A stretch of DNA of 32,610 nucleotides, taken from NCBI GenBank assembly GCA_001642005.1, contig LWCA01000318.1:1-32610 (forward strand). Direction: 5' to 3'. A program made the position numbers and the translations under genes. The notes beneath the pieces were generated by a model. The model was not told where the DNA came from. It worked only from the letters and a program-made list of their open reading frames with translations, and searched no databases. This DNA comes from Intoshia linei. Lineage: Eukaryota > Animalia > Orthonectida. Below are positions 22,496 to 32,610 of this stretch, in pieces. Position 1 is the stretch's first letter. Each line of letters opens with the position of its first letter.

Positions 22496-24271
22496 ACATA
22501 TATAATATACATATATATAAGTTTATACCTTCATTTCAGATAAATTTCTATTGATAATTCAAAATAACTTTAGAATTGGCGACTTTTCATAATTTTCGAA
22601 TAAATTTTAACAAACAGTTTTGGACAAACTAATCAACTGTTATAACTCTAGTAACGCATCATTTAAATTTTTCAATATAAATAAACTCTAGATTTCATTA
22701 TAGAGTCTGGATAAGAGTGGATTGTTTTATTTTTTGTTACAGTTTTGGTACTTTTGTTTGTAATAATAAAGCTCCGGCATCCAGGGACACCGTTGAATTA
22801 ATTATCAACCGATTGAAGTAATACATTAATATTGTATTAATTAATTAATTAATATTCTATTAAATATTGAAATATTGTGTTGTAACAGTGAAGTTGCAGT
22901 TCACTTCAACTTGAACTGTAATTTCACTTTTATATTAAACCTGTTATAGCAGTTGTAATTCTTACTTTTTTTCTTATTATTCGTACTTTCTTTTTTTTTA
23001 CTTTTTTAACATTTTATGGTTATGTACTGTCTAAATTTTTTGATTTTTTTGGTTATTTTCTTTATAACTTTGTCTTTATCTAAATTATTGCGATAATTAT
23101 AATTATCTTATGTATTTGTATATTTTATGCGTTAGTTTATCTTCTGTATTCCACAAATTTTCTTTGAGTCATTCGCGTAAAAACCCACTTTGCGTTTTTT
23201 TAAAAATAAAATCAACGCAAATCTTTAAAAAACATAAATTCTGGGATGGTTATTAAAATCATAAGCATTATCATATATAGCAACTTCAAAAAACTAAATT
23301 TTTACGATAAAAACACCAGGTTACCCTTTTCTTAAAATTTTTTTTTATTTTGAAACTTCTATTATTATGAAAAAAGTAATAAAGTAATTTAGTTTCATTA
23401 TAGATGAAAAAAAATTATAAATGGTTATATCTTATCTTAGCTTATCTCTAACATGGCGCGATAGCCCATAAAGTTAAAACACAAATTCTAAGTTAGTGTT
23501 TTCTGGTGCAGCGAGTAAGATATATTTAACTCTCAGAAATTTGTATCTTTACCGGCAAAAACAAAATTTACTCCAGTTTTTGAAACATAAAAATTTAAAT
23601 ATTCTTCCTGTAATTTCAATAAAATATCACGAATTATTTTACTTTTTTTTATAAAATAAATTTTTTCAAAATTTTAATTAAATTATATAAAAACTATATG
23701 GCTTTTTTTCTAAAAATATGACTATCTAATATGCAGTTAAACATATATTGAGTAATATTGTGGGTAATATCAAAATACGTAATATAATATAAATAATGTA
23801 GTACAAAAGAATATTTAAGGTTGGGAACATTTCATAATTTTGTTTTATTTTGATATTCATATTTTTCATTCATTGATAGAATATCACCGTTAAGAATAAT
23901 AGCATACTTTAATTATAATTAGAGTTTAATTAATACATCTAATACATACAATAAAAAAAATGGTAATTTGGTTTTTTGACCCTAAATAACTGAATTTCCG
24001 AAAATCGATTTGTGATAAAACATCAAACTAGAAAAACTGTATTAGAAATTGCATTTTTTAAATTTTAAAATTTTAATTTTTAATCCTTTGATCAATCCCG
24101 AATCTACCTATCTCAAGGTCATTCGAAAATGAAGAATAACCCCTAAACTAAATTTTCACAAACTATTTATATTATCATATAGCCCTAACGACCTCGTATA
24201 AGGCTCTTGACTTGATTAAAATTAAAACACATAATACATATGATAATCTCGATATAATTTTTTTGATGCTT

Positions 24272-24540
24272 AATTGGGAAAAATGAGGCCCCACTTTACT
24301 GAAATTTCTTCGATCCCCGAAGAGGGGTCTCGATGTGGTAAGTTGGGCACTGTTTTTCACTGTCCTTGCATATGCTATGCAAAGCAAATTTAGAAAAACT
24401 ATATTTATTTTTTTAAACTTATGCATTGCATAAATAAATAAATCCTCTGCCGTACCTACTATGCCGAGATCCGTCTTCGAGTAGGAGGGGAAGTGGTTCG
24501 ACGAAATTTTTTATAAAATAGGGACTCATTTTTGCAAATT
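24272..24540. mobile_element. Fold-back (long imperfect palindrome) MITE-like element
   Basis: Left arm AATTGGGAAAAATGAGGCCCCACTTTACTGAAATTTCTTCGA..CGAAGAGGGGTCTCG..TATGCAAAGCA. Right arm reverse-complement AATTTGCAAAAATGAGTCCCTATTTTATAAAAAATTTCGTCGA..CGAAGACGGATCTCG..TATGCAATGCA. Centre near 24400. Confidence 0.75.
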
Positions 24541-24845
24541 GAATGATAATTATCATTTCTATATTATTTCCATTGGTTTTACTTAATTATATGCATATTA
24601 ATCGTAATCCCTTTAATCGGATAATGCACAGAGTTGAAGTATATTGATATTATTAATTATTGATTAACTATCTCTACATAAAAATGTGAAACATATAGTA
24701 CAATATATGCATGAAAAATCAAATTCATGGATGTAATCAAACTGATTTGGCACAAATCGGAAATACTTCTGAAAATTAATATCGATTAAAATTTGTTTTA
24801 CAATAAACCAATTTTAAAATAAAAAATAAATTGAAAATTACAACA

Positions 24846-26908
24846 ATGTATCTAAACTTGGACGTAATATTGCATTTGATGTATACAAAACATGTCAAAA
24901 ACTCTTTCATGAATTTATCAGATTTAAATCTTTCAACACTGTTAATATTGATATCCTCTTTTGGAATATTATGGTGTTTTCAAATCTTAGTAATTTATAC
25001 AATTTTTAAAAATAAAAAAAAATTAAATGAATTTACCTTTTTGAAAATATTGATTAATATTATTATCACTGTCTTAATATTGATAAAAATGATATATTTG
25101 TTCAAGCAAAAAGTGAATTTTATTCAATTAGTACATTCCAACATTACATTTAATCAAAATTTAAACACGTCACATAAATTCCATTTTTGTAATTTTGATC
25201 AACCGTTAAATACAATAATTTGCAACGTTAAAGATGATGCATTGAAAAAAAAAAACATAACTGATCAAAAACAAATTCAAAGATATGAATATATAAACTT
25301 TTTTCAAATAAATTCTCTTGATTATATATTAATCATAACGTGTATATTATACATTTATTTCTTTTCAATTAAACGAATGGTTTTACATTGTAAATATAAA
25401 TCTTGGCATAAAATAGGTTTATCTATATGTATAATTTTACTAGTGACTATTTGTACCGGTATTTTTACAGAATTTGTCTCTTTTTCAAAAATTAAAAAAA
25501 GATTATACACTTTGAACAATAAACAAAACTTACGCGTCAAGAGAAGAATTAATGTTAATGATGTAGATATTTTACAATCAAAAATTGAAACCAATTTGAA
25601 TAAAAGTAAATTTTTAGATTTGGTTGTGAAATTACATCAATATCGTTATAAAACTTTAACTATAAACGATTACCACTTTGTCGAATTACCCATTACAAAT
25701 AATTCAATGTATAATGGAACAAAACGAAAAAAAATACACGCAATAAATTTAAATGGAATGCAGATAAATATAAAAGATTTTCAAAAATTACCACAAATTT
25801 TACATTTAAAAATTTTGAATACCACTATATTATGTATTTTATACATTTATATAATTATGGCCATTTTATTATATAATGTATCATTTCTTAAATTATTCAT
25901 CTTTTTCAAAAATGATAAAAATGTCAATAATTTTGAAATTTCTTGTATTTATGATATTTTTTACCCAATATTAATTTCAAATAATCATATTCGGGATTTT
26001 AATCAAGACACTTGCAATCAAAATCAATATATAGAAAAAATTAATAAGCGGATAGAGAATATCTTCTTTGAAGCTATTTATACTAATGGATATTTTATAA
26101 TTATGGTATTTTTAAGATGATTATTATGAGTTATTACAAAAATATATCATTTACGGTGTTAAATTTACATATTGTACATTTCACGGTTAACCAGTTTTAT
26201 TTTCGTATTTTTGTTGTGACCTCCATTCTCTGGAGCGAGATAATCATCGATTTTACTAATTCATCATATCATTGATTTTTTCACGAAATTTTAGTGTTTT
26301 TTTATTCATATTTTTATTATCTTATATTCATTTTGAAGCCAAAATTTTGTAGGGCTAATGAGGGAATATTTTTTCTACCATTTTTAAAAGATTTTGAAGA
26401 TAATTTTGGTCTCAAGATTCTTAAGATTGGTAGAGTTTTTAAAAGAAAATTTTTTTCAATAATTTTTTAAAGATCTGATAAAATGTTAAAAATATTTCCT
26501 TCATACAATATATACAAAACAATATAAAAGTTTGGTCATTGTCATTTAAGAAACCACAAAAGTATTGTCAAAAATAAATATTATGATTAATCAACAAAAT
26601 CGATGATTATGTCGCCTTGTTTCGATTATAAAGTTAAAGGTACACATTACCAAAAAATTGCTAACCCTTGATCTATACAAGTTAATTTAATACTTACATG
26701 TTTTTAGATTTATTTAATCATAAACAAGTCCATTGTCTATAACTGTGAAATATACATTCAAATGTACCTAATTATCGACCTTGCATTTATATTTGCTTTG
26801 TTGAAGGATTTTAAAATGACAATAAAATGTACATGCCATACAAACATTAAAAGTAATATCTCATTATTAATAGTAAATTTAATCCATTTTAGAAAAAATA
26901 AAAAATAA
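24846..26908 (+). CDS. Multi-pass membrane protein, possibly a highly divergent class A GPCR-like 7TM (~486 aa if spliced)
   Basis: Long ORF with ATG at 24846 and several hydrophobic helices. TM1-like GILWCFQILVIYTIFKNKK and TM3-like FFSIKRMVLHC. A donor at 26106 joins in phase 0 to an open exon 26708-26908 containing IIDLAFIFALLKDFKMTIKCTC (TM7/helix-8-like). Unspliced, it would stop at 26120. Confidence 0.55.
26232..26617. mobile_element. Fold-back MITE-like element (~390 bp) in the predicted intron of the 7TM-like gene
   Basis: Left GCGAGATAATCATCGATTTTACTAATTCATCATA versus right reverse-complement GCGACATAATCATCGATTTTGTTGATTAATCATA. Similarity continues inward (ATGAGGGAATATTTTT / ATGAAGGAAATATTTTT) towards a centre near 26420. 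Confidence 0.75.
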
Positions 26909-27274
26909 AGTCGCTCAAAAAATATAAAAATTCAAAATAAGTTTATATTTATGTAAAAAAACCCTCGATTTATATGATTTCCATTACTGCGGTTAAACCT
27001 TTCTGAATTTTAAAAATATTTTTAAAATATTAACATGTAAATAAATTTAATACAGTAATTAAAATTAAAATAATTACATTTTATTTATTAAATGTTTCAC
27101 TAAAATTTCTTTTTTCAAATTCACATATTATTTATTATGTTAATATTTACATCAATTTAAATAAATTTTTTTAACCTACCCAGTCGTACAAGAATATTTA
27201 CATTACACTGCAATGCAGTGACTACAAATTACTAAAATAATTAATTCTCCAATATGAGTAGAATAATGTTTATT

Positions 27275-30200
27275 TTATTTGTCAAAATTAAAATCTAATT
27301 TAGTGATGGTTTTGGTGATATCCTGTACATCTACTGAATGATGTTTATCTTTATTTTCAATGCTATTTGAAACAGGATTTTTATCATTAATCACTTCACT
27401 TTTATTTCGAGAGTTTACAGCATATTTCCTTAAACGAGAATTTTCAAAATTCAAGTTTTTAATTGTTTTAGTAGAAATTTTATTTTCATCATCAATTATC
27501 TTTTGAGCATTGATAATACTAATTTCTAATTCTTGAATTTTTTTTTTTAATTGTTGAATTTTTTCATTCTGAATTTGTATTGTACTTTCATATGATTCAA
27601 TTGATGAGTTTACGTATACATTTTGATATTTTAATAATTTCTCATTTAAATTTTTCAATAACAAATCACTGTTTATTTCATTTTGTTTAAAAATTTTTGT
27701 TATTGGTTTGACTTGAACATTTTTATTTATATTTAAATTATTAAACGTTTTTTCAAAATTGTTACGCTTTATGGCTTGAGATGATATTGCAGATGATAAA
27801 TGTCTATATAAATCGTCGTATTGAATACGATAAAAATTTAGCGTGTCCACTTGTTTCTAAATAAAAATTATATCTACTATCTAACATGACTCAGTTTAAT
27901 GATTTGTATAATAAATAATTGTAAATATATAATAATATTACATATAATATTTTAATTCTCAATTATAATAAAACTCTTTGTCTATTATTAATTTATCAAC
28001 CACAGTCATATAGTCTTAAAGGTTCAATTTCAATATCATTATTTAATTTTAATAAGTCACATGAAATTATCCATTTCAAATGTGACGTTTCTGTATATAA
28101 ATAAACAATTACATACATTATATGTATTTGAAATTAGTAGGGTTGATCGATAAAAATTAACCGGGAAAAATGTATTCGGTAAATTGCCAATTCTACTAGG
28201 GACGCAGACTTCAACCACATTAAAGATTTAACGAGATCATTAATCTAATTAAGTTAAATGTTATCTATAAATATTTAAATGTTCAATGGCATTTGAAAAT
28301 TATATGTTTATATAAAAATTTAAATATTCATTACGGATGTACTGTACTCCTATATACAAATGAAGAGATCTAATATTAGTTAATTAATATTATGAGCAAT
28401 GATCATGAATAATACTCATTAATTTAAAATATTGATAAAACTGACATTTTTTTAAAAAGTTACAAATAAATCGCAAAAAAAGCATAATTAATTGGTTTAA
28501 AATGACTAATCATAAATTAAGCTAAAACTTATATATGTACTTGTAAATTTTAACAATTTAAAAGTATAGGGGATTTCAATACAATTTAAGTTAATTAAAG
28601 TTTCATTTATAAGTAGGGTAATATTAATTCAATATTGTTAATTTTTATGTTAATCACTATTATAATGTCAAAATTTGAATATTAATTGATAATATTAGCA
28701 AGTTAAAAACATATTTTAAATATAAGTAAAATATATAAATATATATTTGTATAATAAAAGTGTATGTGATTTTTACAATCTTGACAATCACAAAAGTAAT
28801 GTCTTGTCCCAAATTATGAAAAATAATTGAGACATTTTTTTATAAATTATACAAAAAGATCAACAAAATGTATACTATGGTTCATAGTTTCAAATATTTG
28901 TTTAAATTATCCTTAATGATATAACATTTAGCTAACATGTAAACATGTATGACTGTTTATTTGTTTGTTCCAGTTTATTTAAGCAATTAATAGATGATAG
29001 TTTAAAAATACCAATTTCTAATATTAATTTTTTGTCGATTTGATTTATCGAAAGTTTTATTTTCAGAAATTGAGTCTTTTGGTCAAAAATCTCAATTATT
29101 TTTTTTTAAAAAAATATACACTCTGATACACATTTTAAAACCAATAACATAATCATCAATTCTGAATTTCAAAAACTTATATCTTTATAGCGAAAACTAC
29201 AAATTACCCTATCATTTTAAACAATGATAATAAACAAAAAGTGCCAACATTTGAAAAAAATTAAATTTAATACAGTTTTTTCCAGTTAACATACATAAAA
29301 TTTTATTGTCATAAATTTAAGCTTTCGCGGTCAAATAAACAGACTAAACTAACTAAAATGTTGTTTACTATTTACTCACTAATCAATAAAAAAATACTAT
29401 TAAAACTAAAATATAAATAATGTTTTCACACGTTTGGGAACCACTCCTTTAAATGATTGCTAATAATGAATACAGTTTAGCTAATAATGTAGTAGCATTT
29501 TTTCCAAGATTTAATTTTTTTGGTAAAATTAAAAAAGTTAGCCATCGGGAATTCTAGGTTCTGTTTGTACAAAGTATAAAACAATCAAGCTAGGACTACA
29601 AGAAATTCATGACGAAAAAACTTCAGCGCCCCTAATATAAAATAATTAACAAATACCTCTAGGGTTAAAACTCTGTCAATTAAAAGTTCAACATTGTGTT
29701 TTAAATTGATTGAAATTAATGAATTTGTAATTGTATAGTCGCTTTCTTCTGAAATGTCATCTAAAATGTCATCTGAAATGCTAGATTGGTTTTTGTCGAA
29801 ATTAATTTCAGAATCTTTTGAAACTGACATACAATAACTTGATACATTTTCTTTATCAACATATACTTCAATTTTGGAATTTAACATAACAAAGTAATTG
29901 TTAATATTTGACAATCTTCTTTGAAGTCGAAAAAGTTGTTTTTCATTAGATTTATGAAATCTTTGTTTAACTTTTAATTTGATCACACTATCACGGCGAA
30001 TTTGTTCCAATTCCTGAGTTTTACTTTTTAATTCATTGTCCGTATTAATCAATTTTTCATGCAATTCTTCACTCTAAATTCAATAGTAAATTAAATTATT
30101 CAAATTTACAAATATAAAGCATCTATAAAGTTTATAATGTAAACTATATATAGACTATCATGTACTAGAGTTATGTACCACTGCAGATATTGAAGACATC

Positions 30201-30872
30201 CTATGCTTGTTATCTTGAACAGTTTCTATATATTTCATAATATCATACATGTGTATTTCTTTTGCTTTCATTGTTTTGTCTTTTTCTTGAATACAACCAT
30301 TATAAATCTCGTAAAGTAATTTAGATTTCATCTAATATATTTAATGTCATTTTAATTTATAATGTACAATATTAACCTTTTCACTTATGTAATTGGTTAA
30401 TTTATTGATATCAGCAGAAGACAAATGCAAATCAATATCTGTAAATTTTGAGAGACCCATATCAACAATGTTTTTACATTCATCTGTAATTACATTATTT
30501 TCTTGACGAATTACATAAGTTAAAAATTTTTGACCACTTAATTCTAATGTATTGCAGAAAGATTCCCATTTATTATCGTGTATGGTTAGGGCCTCCAACA
30601 TGCATTCTATTTTTGACAATCTTGAATTTTGATTCTAATTTTATGTATTAACAAGTATATTTTCTTGATAAACCTGTATATTATTTATTACAGACTCTGG
30701 AAAAAGGTCAAATTGTTTTGATTTGGTTAAAAAGTTATTATCAATAATTATATTTTCTATAATTAAGGGCTTGCATCGGTTTATTTGAGATTTAATGTCT
30801 TTACTCATATTTTTGCACTTCAATATGTATACTGTATGCTTGAAATGTCTAAAATCTTTTGTGTGTATTAAC
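27275..30872 (-). CDS. Uncharacterised coiled-coil protein (5' end unresolved)
   Basis: Phase-consistent GT-AG exons 30872-30674, 30634-30377, 30331-30179, 30073-29657 and 27856-27275. Heptad-rich segments (LKSKTQELEQIRRD; IQQLKKKIQELEISI). Candidate start micro-exon ATGTCGACAGTTCAG|GT at 31386-31372. Confidence 0.7.
29433..29594 (-). repeat. Dispersed repeat family A, diverged inverted partial copy
   Basis: Reverse complement contains TATTCATTATTAGCAATCATTTAAAGGAGTGGTTCCCAAA and upstream similarity to 2591-2728. Confidence 0.8.
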
Positions 30873-32320
30873 CTAGATTTAAATATTCTTCTATTTATTA
30901 TTTTAAATTAACATGTTTATTTATATATTACAATTCACTAGCCCTTTTGAAGTTAAAAGTGCGAACAATGCGACCATAAGTACGAATAGTAATAATTGCA
31001 AACAACACTACAGTTCGTAGTAGTAGTGCGAACTTCGTACTACAATTGTACTACTATTTGTACATGTACTTCAATCGTGACAATTACCAATAAAATTCTT
31101 CAGTGAATAACTCCGTTCAAAATAAAAGGAATTTTCATTAATTGCATTTTTATCAGTTATTAACAGACATAGAATACTGAAAATTCTTATTCTGTATGAA
31201 AATATGACAACAACACAAGATATAAATATTAGCTTTAAAAACAATCATAATTAACTATAAAAGAAATTTATTTAGATTCTTTGAACCAAACGTTAAAGGG
31301 AAATTTAAAAATAAAAAACAAAAATTTCTTTTCAAGGTCTGTAAATTGAAATGATAATATTATAAGCCTACCTGAACTGTCGACATGGCATATTAAGGAA
31401 ATTTTTTAAATACATTGGTATGGTATTTAAATGTATGATTTGTAGTAAAAATTTGTTAAAATAATATTAACGTAACACTTTTAGATATATAAAAGAATGT
31501 GTCCACCCAATTATTGTTGTAAATATATAATTAATAATATCATGTGTAAATAATATATATTTAAATATGTATTTTATTTCGAAAGCTTCATCATATCATA
31601 TTTAACTACTGACTTACCTTTAATTAATTTTCATGTTACATTTTTATATTTGACTCTTTTACTTATATATTGTAGAAGTTATAAATATTATTCATTATAA
31701 TTATTAAGTTGATATTTATGTATGTATTTATGTAATTTATGTAAAGTGGTCAGAAAAATACGTATTATCAATTTTAGTTTATTTGAAATAAATTTTAAGC
31801 CGAAAATTATTATTAATTTTTTATTAAAATTTCATAGATAAGTAGTTTTGACTTTACATTTAACACCAAATAAACTAAAATTAATAGTACATATTCTTTC
31901 TGGCCACTTTAATTCATGACGTACAAATTATACGGTACAATGTACGTCGTACATGGTATGTCTTAAATCAGTAACTATGGTTCTGATATCACTGAACTTT
32001 CTTAAATTAATCAGAATGAACTACATAAATTGAACCTGGTCAAAAAAATAAAAAATTAGTATTATAATTTCATATAATTCAATCATATCTTAAAAATAAA
32101 TATTACTATTTAAACTTACAAAAGTTTACATTATAAAAAGCATGTAAGGTATTATTTCATACAATTTGACATATAACTAATTATTTTAAAATCCCATATC
32201 GATACATCAAATAGTTCATACCGAGATTAAACTAAACTTTAAAAAAATTATAATATTATAATATACTATTATTTACATATTAAAATTTTATTATATTATA
32301 TATATATATATATTGTTAAC

Positions 32321-32559
32321 CAGGTTGAACGTTATGTACTACGTACAAAGATCACCTAGCTCTACCGAGGGCACATTTTTATTATTCCAAAAAAATAAAT
32401 TCACGTTGAAAATCTAACTTAAAAATCCTACTAATCACTATTATCAATCCTTTAAAGGAGTGGTTGCCAAACTCGTTTCAGGTGGAACCATCATATCACA
32501 TTACTTTTTACTTTAAAGATAATTATTCCACCTTAATTTTGTTTTAATATTTGCGTAAA
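32321..32559 (+). repeat. Dispersed repeat family A, copy 2
   Basis: Colinear with 2593-2817 apart from substitutions and a short insertion near 32401-32425. Confidence 0.9.
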
Positions 32560-32610
32560 TTTCGAAGGAATGAATTATATAGATTTTCACCCATATTTCT
32601 TTATTGGAAA

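Noticed and set aside
24175-24426. 83-aa minus-strand ORF
   Set aside because: It has a non-ATG start and overlaps the fold-back element; the higher local GC explains the open frame.
1-32610. Prokaryotic or viral system, or alternative genetic code
   Set aside because: All genes are spliced eukaryotic types and translate cleanly with the standard code; TAA, TAG and TGA are all used as terminators.

Overview
Very AT-rich eukaryotic, animal-like genomic DNA with many 36-46 nt GT-AG introns, so the ORF track splits most genes. The style suggests a compact, fast-evolving metazoan such as a mesozoan-type parasite, but that is inference only. Hand-splicing gives six protein-coding genes. TMEM86/YhhN lysoplasmalogenase (+) lies tail-to-tail with a fatty acyl-CoA reductase (-). 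A small secreted protein made only of the NPC1 N-terminal sterol-binding domain (+) lies tail-to-tail with TOR kinase (-), which has a 7.3-kb first exon and a divergent FRB domain. A divergent 7TM/GPCR-like gene (+) and an unknown coiled-coil gene (-) complete the set. Intergenic DNA and long introns hold DNA-transposon remnants: a Tc3-like transposase 3' end, an internally deleted piggyBac with TIRs and TTAA TSDs, two Buster-type hAT elements with 8-bp TSDs, several fold-back elements, two dispersed repeat families and a 29-bp minisatellite. No rRNA, tRNA or CRISPR was seen. All alignments and exon boundaries were done by eye.
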